Assembly (NCBI GenBank): GCA_963925585.1
Contig: CAWUTW010000034.1
Coordinates: 1 to 44,571, forward strand
DNA length: 44,571 nt
Direction: 5' to 3'
DNA from: an uncultured Polynucleobacter sp.
GTDB lineage: Bacteria; Pseudomonadota; Gammaproteobacteria; Burkholderiales; Burkholderiaceae
In this document: in pieces, positions 9,288 to 26,200 of the stretch
Position numbering within the stretch: position 1 is the stretch's first letter
Layout: each line of letters opens with the position of its first letter
Translations under genes and position numbers: made by a program
The notes under the pieces: generated by a model
Seen by the model: only the letters and a program-made list of their open reading frames with translations
Databases searched by the model: none
Told to the model about the DNA's origin: nothing

Positions 9288-9460
9288 TAGGTTCTGGCGC
9301 TTTTTGCTATTTTCACCTTGAAATGCACCAAGAATGCTCTTTTTCAGTGGCTAAACTAAAATCCAATAAAATCAATGACTTATATCTTGATATGGACAAA
9401 TTGATTGAAAATTAACACCAATCCCTCTGAATAAATTTTTGTACTACCAACTGTGCATAA
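9264..9460. promoter_or_regulatory. Co-oriented DnaA-box cluster with IHF site (hemE-priA region)
   Basis: TGTGGATAA 9264-9272 (perfect), TGTGGATAT 9276-9284, AGTGGCTAA 9346-9354 (weak), IHF consensus AATCAATGACTTA 9370-9382, TGTGCATAA 9452-9460. Confidence 0.7.
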
Positions 9461-9508
9461 CCCGAGGCGGGCGCGTAAGTAAACGCTTCTTTACGTCGCC
9501 AATTGCGA

Positions 9509-10615
9509 CTATCGGCGTAGCTTTTGCGATTGCTCAATAACCGCCTGAGCTAGCGCGGTGACGCTTTCGGGTGGGGTGAATTGGGAAATTCCATGGCCGA
9601 GATTAAAAACGTGGCCATCCAAGGGATGTAGTCCGGGTTTTAATGACGGCGCACTGGCTAAATCAGCAAGCAGTTTGCCAGCTTCTTGGGCAATTTTCTC
9701 GGGACCGGAAAACAGAATTAAGGGGTCTAAATTTCCCTGGATGGCCAGTGGCTTACCCGCCGCCAAAAGCGCTTTACGAGCACGGCTCAGAGAAATGGTC
9801 CAATCTAGCCCAATGGCATCTGCCCCAACCCGGGCCATGTCTTCAATCCACAAGCCGCCGCCTTTGGTAAAAATAATGACGGGGATGCGTTGGCCTTCGT
9901 CCTCTCTAGGAAGCAGAGCAATTACTTTTTGCATCGCGGCTAACGATACCTGCTGGTACCAACCATCTGGCAACATGCCGCCCCAGGTATCAAAGATCAT
10001 CAGCGCTTGCGCACCCGCTTTGACTTGCTCAGTGAGGTAAGCGGCAACCGACTGAATATTAATCTCAAGAATGCGCTCCAATAGATCGGGGCGATCAAAC
10101 ATCATGGTCTTGGCGTGGCGAAATTCATCCGCGCTCGAGCCATCAATCATGTAGCACGCCAAAGTCCAGGGGCTTCCTGAAAAACCAATCAAGGGCACAC
10201 GTTGCTTACCATCCTGAATTAATGCTTTACGAATTTCAGATACGGCATCGAAAACGTAGGTCAATTCACCCATATCGGCATGGCGTAGCTTTTTAACGTC
10301 CGCTTCCGTGCGCAGCGGGTGCTGGAAGCTGGGGCCCTCGCCAGCCGTAAATTGCAATCCGAGACCCATCGCATCGGGGATCGTTAAAATATCAGAAAAT
10401 AAAATGGCCGCATCCAATGGATAGCGATCCAAGGGCTGAAGGGTAACTTCGGTTGCATAGGCGGGCGTTTTGGCTAAGTCTAAAAAACTGCCGGCCTTCG
10501 CCCGCGTCGCATTATATTCAGGAAGATAGCGCCCAGCTTGACGCATTAGCCAAAGTGGCGTGCGATCAACCGACTGACCGAGACAGGCCTTAATAAACCG
10601 ATCGTTTAGCAACAT
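9509..10615 (-). CDS. hemE: Uroporphyrinogen decarboxylase
   Basis: [38 protein letters not shown] and FNLGHGI motifs. Confidence 0.98.
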   Translation of the reverse strand: MLLNDRFIKACLGQSVDRTPLWLMRQAGRYLPEYNATRAKAGSFLDLAKTPAYATEVTLQPLDRYPLDAAILFSDILTIPDAMGLGLQFTAGEGPSFQHPLRTEADVKKLRHADMGELTYVFDAVSEIRKALIQDGKQRVPLIGFSGSPWTLACYMIDGSSADEFRHAKTMMFDRPDLLERILEINIQSVAAYLTEQVKAGAQALMIFDTWGGMLPDGWYQQVSLAAMQKVIALLPREDEGQRIPVIIFTKGGGLWIEDMARVGADAIGLDWTISLSRARKALLAAGKPLAIQGNLDPLILFSGPEKIAQEAGKLLADLASAPSLKPGLHPLDGHVFNLGHGISQFTPPESVTALAQAVIEQSQKLRR

Positions 10616-10626
10616 GTGGTGAAGGC

Positions 10627-11043
10627 TTATTTTTTGCGACGAAACCGAGCAATGGCCGCTAATTGTGCAGCAGCCATGGCAAATTCAGACTGCGCTAAGG
10701 CCAAATCAAAATCGCTACCGCGATTTTGCATGGCCTCTTCGGCGCGCTGTTTTGACTCGAGTGCTTTGGCCTCATCTAAATCATGGCCACGGATAGCCGT
10801 ATCGGCCAACACAGTAACGTGATCGGGTTGCACCTCTAAGTAACCGCCCGCAACAAAAACAAATTCTTCATCGCCGTCGGCTTTTTCAATGCGCACCGAA
10901 CCAGGACGAATGCGCGTAATTAACGGGGTGTGCCCATGCAAAATGCCGAGCTCGCCATTTTCTCCGGGAAGGGCAACAAACTTTGCCTCTCCACTAAAGA
11001 TGGATTGCTCCGCACTAACAACATCGATGCGAATGGTAGCCAT
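10627..11043 (-). CDS. atpC: ATP synthase epsilon subunit
   Basis: [13 protein letters not shown] and [11 protein letters not shown] motifs; last gene of the atp operon. Confidence 0.98.
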   Translation of the reverse strand: MATIRIDVVSAEQSIFSGEAKFVALPGENGELGILHGHTPLITRIRPGSVRIEKADGDEEFVFVAGGYLEVQPDHVTVLADTAIRGHDLDEAKALESKQRAEEAMQNRGSDFDLALAQSEFAMAAAQLAAIARFRRKK

Positions 11044-11061
11044 GGTTTCCTTGGTATTCGA

Positions 11062-13385
<2,324 letters not shown>

Positions 13386-13402
13386 GATGTATGCGTGCCC
13401 TC

Positions 13403-14944
13403 TTAGAAGGAGGCTGAGCGCTTGTAGTCCTCAATTGCAGCACGTAAAGCAGCTTCATCGTCTTTGCTCAAGTCTTTGGTTTCCTCAATGCGTCCAACTA
13501 AGTCTGCATATTTTGATTTGAGGTGATCTTGCAAGCCTTTTTCAAATACCAGTACATGCTTTACTTCGAGATCGTCAAAGTAGCCGTTGTTCATTGCGTA
13601 AAGCGAGGCGGCCATTTCCCAAACTTGCAAGGGCTTGTATTGCGCCTGTTTACACAACTCTGTAACGCGCTTACCGCGTTCGAGCTGCTTACGCGTTGCA
13701 TCATCAAGGTCAGATGCAAACTGCGCAAACGCAGCCAGCTCACGGTACTGCGCTAAGTCGGTACGAATACCGCCAGACAGTTTTTTAATTACTTTGGTTT
13801 GTGCAGCACCGCCCACGCGCGATACAGAAATACCGGCGTTAATCGCTGGGCGCACGCCAGCGTTAAAGAGGTCGGTCTCCAAGAAAATCTGACCGTCGGT
13901 AATCGAAATCACGTTGGTTGGCACGAATGCAGAAACGTCGCCCGCTTGGGTTTCAATAATAGGCAGGGCAGTTAATGACCCGGTCTTGCCTTTTATAGCG
14001 CCGTTGGTAAATTTCTCTACATAGTCTGCGTTCACGCGGGCCGCGCGCTCTAACAAACGGGAGTGGAGATAGAACACGTCGCCAGGATACGCTTCGCGGC
14101 CCGGTGGGCGGCGGAGCAACAAGGAAATTTGACGATAGGCAACCGCTTGTTTAGTTAAGTCGTCATACACAATCAAGGCATCCTCACCGCGATCGCGGAA
14201 GTATTCGCCCATAGTACAGCCGGCATATGCAGAGAGGTATTGCATCGCGGCAGATTCTGATGCGCTTGCAGCAACTACCACGGTGTATTCCATTGCACCG
14301 AGTTCAGTTAACTTACGCACAACGTTGGCAATCGTCGATGCTTTTTGACCAATTGCAACGTAGACGCAATACACGCCTTTGCCTTTTTGGTTAATGATGG
14401 CATCCACAGCAACGGCAGTCTTACCAGTCTGACGATCGCCAATGATCAATTCACGCTGGCCACGGCCAATCGGAACCATCGCATCAATCGCCTTTAAGCC
14501 GGTTTGTACTGGTTGACTAACCGATTGACGTGCAATCACCCCTGGGGCAACCTTTTCAATAAAGTCGGTTAGCTTGGCATTAACTGGGCCTTTTCCATCA
14601 ATCGGCTGACCAAGGGCGTTTACAACGCGGCCAAGGAGTTCTGGGCCAACGGGAACTTCTAAAATGCGTCCCGTGCATTTCACCGGATCGCCTTCTTTAA
14701 TGTGGGTATATTCACCCAGCACGACTGCACCAACGGAATCACGCTCTAAGTTCAGCGCAAGGCCAATGGTATTACCAGGGAATTCCAACATCTCCCCTTG
14801 CATCACGCCAGACAAGCCATACACACGGCAAATACCGTCGGTTACTGAAATGACGGTGCCTTGGTTGCGCAGCTGGGAGTCAACTCCCATCTCACTAATT
14901 CGGCTCTTGATCAGTTCGCTGATCTCGGAAGGGTTCAGTTGCAT
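13403..14944 (-). CDS. atpA: ATP synthase alpha subunit (ATG 14944 follows AGGAG)
   Basis: GDRQTGKT and [21 protein letters not shown] motifs. Confidence 0.99.
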   Translation of the reverse strand: MQLNPSEISELIKSRISEMGVDSQLRNQGTVISVTDGICRVYGLSGVMQGEMLEFPGNTIGLALNLERDSVGAVVLGEYTHIKEGDPVKCTGRILEVPVGPELLGRVVNALGQPIDGKGPVNAKLTDFIEKVAPGVIARQSVSQPVQTGLKAIDAMVPIGRGQRELIIGDRQTGKTAVAVDAIINQKGKGVYCVYVAIGQKASTIANVVRKLTELGAMEYTVVVAASASESAAMQYLSAYAGCTMGEYFRDRGEDALIVYDDLTKQAVAYRQISLLLRRPPGREAYPGDVFYLHSRLLERAARVNADYVEKFTNGAIKGKTGSLTALPIIETQAGDVSAFVPTNVISITDGQIFLETDLFNAGVRPAINAGISVSRVGGAAQTKVIKKLSGGIRTDLAQYRELAAFAQFASDLDDATRKQLERGKRVTELCKQAQYKPLQVWEMAASLYAMNNGYFDDLEVKHVLVFEKGLQDHLKSKYADLVGRIEETKDLSKDDEAALRAAIEDYKRSASF

Positions 14945-14986
14945 CAATTACTCCTGGATATTATTTCGTATGTTCTTAGTGAAAGG

Positions 14987-15523
14987 TTATGCGCTTAGGC
15001 TTGCTTGCATTGTGGCCAATTGGGCCTTAACTGTGCTGTCCAATACCTCATCGCCAACTTGAACCCGGACGCCGCCAATTAAGCTAGGGTCCACCTCAAT
15101 CGTTGGGCGCAATTCCTTGCCGCCAAACCGCTTTTTCAAACTTACCAACAAACTGCTTAATGCATCGCCTTCAAGTGGAAACGCACTGGTAATAAGAACC
15201 TCTGCAGCGCCTTCACTTTGATTTTTCAATAGCTCAAATTGGGCTGCAATTTCAGGCATTGCCGCTAGGCGGTGGTTTTGATTCACCAAGCGCAAGAACG
15301 CATTGACTCTATCGTCCAGCTTCGTCTTAACCATGCCGCTCATTAACTTGCTAAGCTCGTCTGCCGAAATCTTGGGGTTGTTAGCCAACACCGCCACATC
15401 CGACATCAAAGACAACTGCGCGAGTTCGGCTAATTGAACCAAAGCAGAGCCGTATTCTGTAGGCTTAACGCTAGAGAAAAGCGCTTCAGCGTAAGGGCGG
15501 GCAATGGTAGCTAAATCAGCCAT
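14987..15523 (-). CDS. atpH: ATP synthase delta subunit
   Basis: ATIARPYAEALF and DPSLIGG...GDEVLD motifs. Confidence 0.97.
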   Translation of the reverse strand: MADLATIARPYAEALFSSVKPTEYGSALVQLAELAQLSLMSDVAVLANNPKISADELSKLMSGMVKTKLDDRVNAFLRLVNQNHRLAAMPEIAAQFELLKNQSEGAAEVLITSAFPLEGDALSSLLVSLKKRFGGKELRPTIEVDPSLIGGVRVQVGDEVLDSTVKAQLATMQASLSA

Positions 15524-15524
15524 A

Positions 15525-15995
15525 TTAGAGCTCTGCCTTGAGTTGATCTAACAATGCGGCATGTGCCTTTGGATCAACTTCGCGACGCAAAATTTGCTCG
15601 GCGCCACGCACCGCCAAGGCCGCTACTTCAATGCGTAAGGCATCACGGGCGCGGGTAACTTGCTGTTCTGCGTCTTGTTTTGCTTGGACAATAATGCGCG
15701 CAGCTTCTGCTTGTGCATTGCTACGAATTTCTTCTGCGCTCATTTGTGCGCGCTTTTCTGCTTCAGCTACGCGCTGTCCGCCTTCTTGGCGAGCACGTGC
15801 CAATTCTTGCTCTGCCAGCTTAGATGCAGACGCCAGATCAGCTTTACCACGCTCAGCAGCTGCCAAGCCTTCTGCAACTTTGGTAGCGCGCTCGTCTAAA
15901 GCCTTTACCAGCGGTGGCCACACAAAACGTGCAACAACCCACCATAAAATGAAAAAGACGATCATTTGCGCGAATAGGGTCGCGTTCAGATTCAC
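15525..15995 (-). CDS. atpF: ATP synthase b subunit
   Basis: [15 protein letters not shown] and a long coiled coil. Confidence 0.98.
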   Translation of the reverse strand: MNLNATLFAQMIVFFILWWVVARFVWPPLVKALDERATKVAEGLAAAERGKADLASASKLAEQELARARQEGGQRVAEAEKRAQMSAEEIRSNAQAEAARIIVQAKQDAEQQVTRARDALRIEVAALAVRGAEQILRREVDPKAHAALLDQLKAEL

Positions 15996-16057
15996 GGTAT
16001 TCCTTTCAGTATTGTTAAGAGCATGCGGACAACACAGCGTTGCCCGCGTCAGAACAA

Positions 16058-17759
<1,702 letters not shown>

Positions 17760-17786
17760 ATATAGATCCCTTAAGTTATCTAATGT

Positions 17787-18668
17787 TTACGTTTCTATGC
17801 CGAGTTTTTTTATAAGGGCATCTAACTCGTCCGCCTTACTGAAACGAATCCGTAACTCTCCGCCTTTACCCTTTAGCTTAAACTCGGCACTAAGGCCAAT
17901 TTGATCTGCGATTTCACGTGATAGACGCTGCAAATCTGGGTCGGCGGCGGAATTAGACGCTTTTTTGGACTTTTTCGCGCCCATTTGGCCGCCAGCACGG
18001 GCGAGCACCGCAGACAAACGCTCGGCTTCCCGCACCGAAAGCCCTTGGGCCATGATTTTTTGCGCCAACGCAACCTGACTCGCTCCTGGCAGGGGGAGCA
18101 GGGCGCGAGCATGGCCCATATCAATATCGCCGGCCAACAACATGGCCTGAACCGGCTTTGCCAGTTGGGCCAGGCGCAATAAATTGCTAATAGCGCTTCT
18201 TGATTTGCCGACGGACTTTGCTGCCTGTTCGTGTGTAAACCCAAATTCTTCAATCAGGCGCGCTAATCCCCGCGACTCTTCTAGGGGATTTAAGTCCTCG
18301 CGCTGCATGTTTTCAATCAGGGCCATTGCTGCTGCCCCTTTATCGTCTGCCAGCGACACCAGGACCGGAACCTCGGTAAGTCCGGCCAGGGTGGCCGCCC
18401 TAAAGCGGCGCTCGCCGGCAATAATTTCGTATTTACCTGCGGAAATTGCGCGCACCAAAAGGGGTTGCATAATACCCTGTTCGCGAATGCTCTCAGCCAA
18501 CTCCTGTAGCGGGCCTGAATCCATTTTTTGCCGCGGCTGGTATTTGCCAGCCTGAAGCGCACTTAAGGGAAGGCGCGATACGGCTGCGCCATTTTCAGTC
18601 GGCTTTTGCTTTTCTCCTAGGAGGGCCTCAAGGCCGCGGCCTAGGCCTTTTTTCTTCATTGTGCTCAT
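17787..18668 (-). CDS. parB: Chromosome partitioning CTPase ParB
   Basis: KGLGRGLEALL ParA-activating peptide, YQPR, IIAGERRFRA, ENMQREDL and an HTH. Confidence 0.98.
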   Translation of the reverse strand: MSTMKKKGLGRGLEALLGEKQKPTENGAAVSRLPLSALQAGKYQPRQKMDSGPLQELAESIREQGIMQPLLVRAISAGKYEIIAGERRFRAATLAGLTEVPVLVSLADDKGAAAMALIENMQREDLNPLEESRGLARLIEEFGFTHEQAAKSVGKSRSAISNLLRLAQLAKPVQAMLLAGDIDMGHARALLPLPGASQVALAQKIMAQGLSVREAERLSAVLARAGGQMGAKKSKKASNSAADPDLQRLSREIADQIGLSAEFKLKGKGGELRIRFSKADELDALIKKLGIET

Positions 18669-18681
18669 GGTGTTTGATCAA

Positions 18682-19452
18682 TCACATTTGTTGAATTCGT
18701 TTAATCATTTCCTCACCAAAGTCCAAATACGCTTTGGCGCCACGGGATGCCTTATCAAAGGAAACGCCTGGCAAGCCATACGAGGGCGCCTCTGCTAAAC
18801 GGACGTTGCGCGGAATAATTGTTTTAAATACTTTGTCGCCGAAGTGTTCCAGCAATTGCTCCGAAACCTGTTGCTGTAAGGTCATGCGCGGATCAAACAT
18901 CACCCGCAACAAACCAATAATCATCAGATCCGGATTGAGGTTGGCGTGCACTTGTTTGATGGTGTTCACTAAATCCGATAGGCCCTCTAAGGCAAAGTAC
19001 TCACACTGCATCGGAACAATGACGCCATTGGCTGCGCATAGGCCATTGAGCGTCAACAAGGAGAGCGCAGGCGGGCAATCAATCAATATGAAGTCATACT
19101 CAGCACCCACCAAGGCCAGCGCAGTCTTTAGCCGCAGCTCGCGCTCATCAAGATCTACCAACTCGATTTCTGCGCCTGCTAAATCGCGGTTTGCTGGCAA
19201 GACATCATAGCCAGCACTTTCGCAACGCTGCACAGAAGCCGCCACCGTTGCTTGACCAATCAGCACCTGATACACGCTCATATCAAGCTCTGCTTTTTCA
19301 ATGCCAGAGCCCATGGTTGCATTGCCTTGTGGGTCCAAATCAACCAGTAGCACGCGCTGCTTATGCCCCGCCAAACCGGCGGCTAGATTCACAGCTGTTG
19401 TGGTTTTTCCAACGCCGCCTTTTTGATTTGCAATGCAGAATATTTTGGCCAT
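18682..19452 (-). CDS. parA: Chromosome partitioning ATPase ParA/Soj
   Basis: NQKGGVGKTTT, DLDPQGNAT, DCPP and RNVRLAEAPS motifs. Confidence 0.98.
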   Translation of the reverse strand: MAKIFCIANQKGGVGKTTTAVNLAAGLAGHKQRVLLVDLDPQGNATMGSGIEKAELDMSVYQVLIGQATVAASVQRCESAGYDVLPANRDLAGAEIELVDLDERELRLKTALALVGAEYDFILIDCPPALSLLTLNGLCAANGVIVPMQCEYFALEGLSDLVNTIKQVHANLNPDLMIIGLLRVMFDPRMTLQQQVSEQLLEHFGDKVFKTIIPRNVRLAEAPSYGLPGVSFDKASRGAKAYLDFGEEMIKRIQQM

Positions 19453-19466
19453 GGTTTTATTTGCCT

Positions 19467-20129
19467 TTACGGTGTGATTTTCGCATGGAGCGTAAAGACC
19501 AAAAGTCGCCGCTCCGCCGTACTGTTGGGTATCAATACAAAGCGGTCTGCCAAAAGACGCCAGCGCGTGATCGATACCGTCGATAGTTCCTCATCGGCTC
19601 GCTTTGCCTTCATCGCAAAAACCAGGCCGCCCGGTTTCAAAAAAGGCTCTGCCAAATCCAAAAAACGATCAAGGCTTGTAAATGCTCTGGAAATGACTGC
19701 ATCGTACTTGCCTGGTTCTTGGGCCGCGACGCGCTCCACGCGATCGCTGTAAATCGATGCATTAAGAAGGCCAAGCTTGCCTTTTACGTTTTGCAAAAAA
19801 GCCGTTTTCTTCCGAACCGCCTCAATTAGGCTAATGCTCCAATCGGGCTGGGCAATTGCAATGGGTATTGCTGGCAAGCCTCCGCCAGATCCAAGGTCTG
19901 CAATGTGCACTTGTGTTGGCGGTAAAAATTCACGCATTATTGGTAAAATTGCAATTGAATCAATGATATGCAGATCAATACTGGCCTGCTCGCCCTCAAC
20001 CGAAGTTAGGTTGTGCACGCGATTCCAGCGCTCAAGTTCTTGCAAGAACGCATTTAAGTCGGCTACTTGTTTCTGCGATAAGCCCAAACCAAGCTCGGCA
20101 ACACCAAGCTCAAGACCTACCCCCTTCAC
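19467..20129 (-). CDS. rsmG: 16S rRNA G527 methyltransferase (GidB)
   Basis: [18 protein letters not shown] and SRAF motifs; overlaps the mnmG stop (GTGA). Confidence 0.97.
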   Translation of the reverse strand: MKGVGLELGVAELGLGLSQKQVADLNAFLQELERWNRVHNLTSVEGEQASIDLHIIDSIAILPIMREFLPPTQVHIADLGSGGGLPAIPIAIAQPDWSISLIEAVRKKTAFLQNVKGKLGLLNASIYSDRVERVAAQEPGKYDAVISRAFTSLDRFLDLAEPFLKPGGLVFAMKAKRADEELSTVSITRWRLLADRFVLIPNSTAERRLLVFTLHAKITP

Positions 20130-22039
20130 ACCGACGCCTGGGATTTGCCAATCCCCCGCTTTAAATGCACCAACAATAAAGAAATGGCCGCTGGCGTGAC
20201 TCCCGATATGCGCGCAGCTTGCCCCAAGGTTTCTGGTTTTTGCGCGCCCAATTTCTGCTGAACCTCTTTTGATAGTCCCCGAACCAAGCTGTAATCCAAG
20301 AAATCCGGCAATGGATAGCCCTCATTAAACTCTTGGCGGGCAATTTCCAGGGCCTGTCGATCAATGTAGCCCGCATATTTAATCGAGATCTCAACCTGAT
20401 CCTGAATTTGCTGATTTAGGTTCGGGTCTGCATCGAGCTGTGCTGTAGAGCCGTCATATGCCTCAGTTAGCGAAGTATAGGTAACCGTGGGTCGTTTCAA
20501 AATATCGGCCAAGCTGGCCTCATGGGACAACTCTTGCCCCAAAAGGATAGCCAAGGATTGTGCGGAAACATGCTTTGGGCTCACCCAGGCCTCCTTAAGC
20601 CGCATTGTTTCACGTGAAACAGCATCCCTTTTCTTACAAAAGAACGCCCAGCGCGCATCATCCACCAAACCAAAGGACCTTCCAATCTCGGTTAAGCGCA
20701 AGTCTGCATTGTCTTCTCTCAGGCTAAGCCGATACTCGGCCCGGCTTGTAAACATGCGATAAGGCTCTTGCACCCCCCGCGTAATGAGGTCGTCTACCAA
20801 AACTCCGATATAGGACTCGCTACGCTTGGGCGCCCACGGCGAGAGGCCCTTAGCGGCAAGCCCGGCGTTCATTCCAGCAAGCAGCCCTTGGGCCGCAGCC
20901 TCTTCATACCCAGTTGTGCCATTGATTTGGCCGGCAAAATAAAGCCCTTCAATGCCCTTGGTTTCTAAACTGTGCCGCAATTGCCGCGGGTCAAAAAAAT
21001 CATATTCAATGGCGTAGCCAGGGCGCACGATGGTGGCATTCTCGAGGCCCCGAATGCTGCGTACTAAATCCCACTGCACATCAAAAGGCAGGCTGGTTGA
21101 GATTCCATTGGGGTAATACTCGTTTGTTGTCAGGCCCTCAGGCTCGAGAAATATCTGGTGGCTATTTTTAGAAGCAAAGCGATGGATTTTGTCTTCAATC
21201 GAAGGGCAATAGCGCGGCCCAACGCCTTCAATAACGCCGGTATACATCGGCGAACGGTCTAGACCGCCGCGAATAATGTCGTGGGTTGCCTCATTCGTGT
21301 GAGTAATCCAGCAGGGAACCTGCCTTGGGTGTTGCTCGGGCCGCCCCAGATAGGAAAAACAGGGAATAGGGTCAAGATCGCCCGGCTGCTCTAGCATCAC
21401 TGAAAAATCAATGCTTCTGCCGTCAATTCGAGGGGGGGTGCCGGTTTTTAAGCGCCCCTGTGGCAAAGCAAGGTCTTTTAGCCGCGCCGACAAAGTCAAG
21501 GCTGCAGGATCACCAGCACGGCCTCCTGAATGGCTATTTAATCCAACGTGAATTTTGCCGTCCAAAAATGTGCCCGCTGTTAAAACAACGCGGCTAGCCC
21601 CAAACTCAAGGCCTGTTTGGGTACGAACCCCAACTACGGCCTTGCCCACAACAAGGAGGTCGTCTACAGCGGCCTGAAATAAGCTCAAGTTGGCTTGATT
21701 TTCGAGTCTGCGGCGTATTGCTGCCTTATATAAAATGCGGTCGCCTTGGGCGCGTGTTGCCCTAACCGCAGGGCCCTTACTGGCATTCAATATACGAAAC
21801 TGAATACCCGCCTCATCGGTAGCCGCGGCCATTGCACCGCCCAGCGCGTCGATTTCTTTTACTAAATGGCCTTTACCAATGCCGCCAATCGAGGGGTTGC
21901 AGCTCATTGCGCCAAGCGTCTCTATGCTGTGGGTAAGAAGTAGGGTGTCGCAGCCCATGCGTGCAGAGGCTAGCGCCGCTTCGGTGCCAGCGTGCCCACC
22001 GCCAATCACAATTACATCGAATTTTTTAGAGTACCGCAT
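20126..22039 (-). CDS. mnmG: tRNA U34 5-carboxymethylaminomethyl modification enzyme (GidA); likely start ATG 22039
   Basis: [32 protein letters not shown] and [17 protein letters not shown] motifs. Confidence 0.99.
   Translation of the reverse strand: MRYSKKFDVIVIGGGHAGTEAALASARMGCDTLLLTHSIETLGAMSCNPSIGGIGKGHLVKEIDALGGAMAAATDEAGIQFRILNASKGPAVRATRAQGDRILYKAAIRRRLENQANLSLFQAAVDDLLVVGKAVVGVRTQTGLEFGASRVVLTAGTFLDGKIHVGLNSHSGGRAGDPAALTLSARLKDLALPQGRLKTGTPPRIDGRSIDFSVMLEQPGDLDPIPCFSYLGRPEQHPRQVPCWITHTNEATHDIIRGGLDRSPMYTGVIEGVGPRYCPSIEDKIHRFASKNSHQIFLEPEGLTTNEYYPNGISTSLPFDVQWDLVRSIRGLENATIVRPGYAIEYDFFDPRQLRHSLETKGIEGLYFAGQINGTTGYEEAAAQGLLAGMNAGLAAKGLSPWAPKRSESYIGVLVDDLITRGVQEPYRMFTSRAEYRLSLREDNADLRLTEIGRSFGLVDDARWAFFCKKRDAVSRETMRLKEAWVSPKHVSAQSLAILLGQELSHEASLADILKRPTVTYTSLTEAYDGSTAQLDADPNLNQQIQDQVEISIKYAGYIDRQALEIARQEFNEGYPLPDFLDYSLVRGLSKEVQQKLGAQKPETLGQAARISGVTPAAISLLLVHLKRGIGKSQASV
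20606..20621. promoter_or_regulatory. parS centromere site inside mnmG
   Basis: Perfect TGTTTCACGTGAAACA. Confidence 0.9.
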
Positions 22040-22076
22040 GGTTTGCCTCGTTAAGGGCAATGATCATATCATTTTG

Positions 22077-22098
22077 CCTTGTTTCACGTGAAACAAGG
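22077..22098. promoter_or_regulatory. parS centromere site upstream of mnmG
   Basis: Perfect TGTTTCACGTGAAACA (22080-22095) within the 22-bp perfect palindrome CCTTGTTTCACGTGAAACAAGG. Confidence 0.92.
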
Positions 22099-22141
22099 GC
22101 ATGTTAGTTTATATGAATATAATCCTAATTCATTGATTTAA

Positions 22142-22930
22142 TTAGGAAAAATAGGCGTCCCAAGCTGTCTTTAAGATTAAAGCTGAAACGAAAATCAGGA
22201 AGGCTTTTCGCACAAAACTACTGCCATGCTTGATTGCAAGGTGGCTGCCAAAATGACTGCCGGCGATGTTTGCAATCATCATTGCAAAACCGAGGGCCCA
22301 GCTAATTTTGCCCAAACCACCCAACATAACAATGGATGCTAAGTTTGTCGATACATTAACAAGCTTCGTGGCGGCAGACGCATGCAGAAAATCAAACTGA
22401 AAAAAGCGGACAAAACCAAATAACAAGAAGCTTCCTGTGCCTGGCCCAAAAAACCCGTCGTAGAAACCCACCACCAAGCCCAAACCAACGCCCTTTAACT
22501 GCAATAAGCGGCTATGGGCTGCCGGCCGATGATCTTTGCCAAGCGACGGTTGAAAAAACGTATAAATCAGAAGAAAAAACAATAAAAAAGGAAGGGCTTT
22601 GCGCAGCGGCTCTGCAGGAAACACACTGACCGCATTGGCGCCGAAAAGCGCGCCAACAAAACCCGCAATAATCGCCGGAACAATCAATGCCCAAGGTAAA
22701 CGCACGTAGCGCAAGTATTTGCGAGCTGCATTGATGGTGCCACCAATGGCAGACACTTTGTTGGTGCCGAGTAAGGTGGCCGGATGAACTTCGGGGTAAG
22801 CGGCGAAAAGGGCAGGCACTTGAATTAGGCCGCCACCGCCTGCGACTGCATCGACTAAGCCAGCAAAAAAAGAGGCCGCCAACAATAGGGGCCACAAGTA
22901 CAAAGAAAATTCAATGGCTGTTTCAAGCAA
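22142..22930 (-). CDS. TSUP / sulfite exporter TauE/SafE family membrane protein (YfcA-like)
   Basis: AGLVDAVAGGGGLIQVP, GTNK and GFYDGFFGPGTGSF motifs. Confidence 0.92.
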   Translation of the reverse strand: MLETAIEFSLYLWPLLLAASFFAGLVDAVAGGGGLIQVPALFAAYPEVHPATLLGTNKVSAIGGTINAARKYLRYVRLPWALIVPAIIAGFVGALFGANAVSVFPAEPLRKALPFLLFFLLIYTFFQPSLGKDHRPAAHSRLLQLKGVGLGLVVGFYDGFFGPGTGSFLLFGFVRFFQFDFLHASAATKLVNVSTNLASIVMLGGLGKISWALGFAMMIANIAGSHFGSHLAIKHGSSFVRKAFLIFVSALILKTAWDAYFS

Positions 22931-22971
22931 GGCAACAACCTACGCGCTTACGCAATCGCGGCCGAACCACA

Positions 22972-23181
22972 CTATCGCGCAAGAAATACTTTTAATGCGC
23001 TGCGCGCAGTTTCATCAAGCACATCTAAAGGAATGCGGGCAGAGCCCTGAACAATCATCATCGCATAAGGCTTTGCCAAGGCGGAAGCTTCAGCACACAA
23101 CTGCAAGGCTTCGCCGGATGCGGGAGATTGAGCGCGCCAATAATTAATTGCCGCCTCTAATTCTTGAATGGACACAAACAT
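22972..23181 (-). CDS. DUF3717-like small protein
   Basis: IQELEAAINYWR...PA.GE...LC..A.ALA.PYA.M resembles the Burkholderiales DUF3717 family (recalled, not searched). Confidence 0.75.
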   Translation of the reverse strand: MFVSIQELEAAINYWRAQSPASGEALQLCAEASALAKPYAMMIVQGSARIPLDVLDETARSALKVFLAR

Positions 23182-23192
23182 ATACCGCCGTC

Positions 23193-23687
23193 TTACTTAT
23201 CGCGCTTAGCGAGCATAGTGCCTCGGCAGCGCTTGGCACCACAACGGCATTCATAATCTTTTTTCATTTGTTTTGTAACGCGACCTTCGACATCGAGCGA
23301 ATAATCGTAAAACAATTCTTCTCCCGACTCTAGATCACGCTTGGCAAAAATAAATACCCGTGGCATGTCTTGATATGAACCCTCTTGCGCTTCGCAGTTG
23401 GGTTTACATGAGTGATTGATCCAGCGAGCCGCATTACCGTCACGATTAGCATCGATCACACGACCGCTCTCCAAGGAAAAGTAAAAGGTATGATTTGGCT
23501 CATCTGGATTGTGTGGATGGCGACGTTCAGCCTCCTTCCAACTAATGCGCTCACCCTCGTACTCAATCAGGGCAGTGCCTTTTTTAATGGCAGCTTTTGC
23601 AAACACGCCTTTGCCATGAATCAGGGAAGAGCGCACCACAATGGCAGCGCGATTTACCTTGGGTGGCTTCGACTTACTTTTTTTCAT
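23193..23687 (-). CDS. SET-domain protein-lysine methyltransferase
   Basis: SLIHGKGVFA, EYEGE, ARWINHSCKPNC, GEELFYDY and post-SET CRCGAKRCRG motifs. Confidence 0.95.
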   Translation of the reverse strand: MKKSKSKPPKVNRAAIVVRSSLIHGKGVFAKAAIKKGTALIEYEGERISWKEAERRHPHNPDEPNHTFYFSLESGRVIDANRDGNAARWINHSCKPNCEAQEGSYQDMPRVFIFAKRDLESGEELFYDYSLDVEGRVTKQMKKDYECRCGAKRCRGTMLAKRDK

Positions 23688-23690
23688 ACA

Positions 23691-26195
<2,505 letters not shown>

Positions 26196-26200
26196 CTAAT

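Noticed and set aside
17910-17925. parS-like GATTTCACGTGATAGA inside parB
   Set aside because: Four mismatches to the consensus; probably chance.
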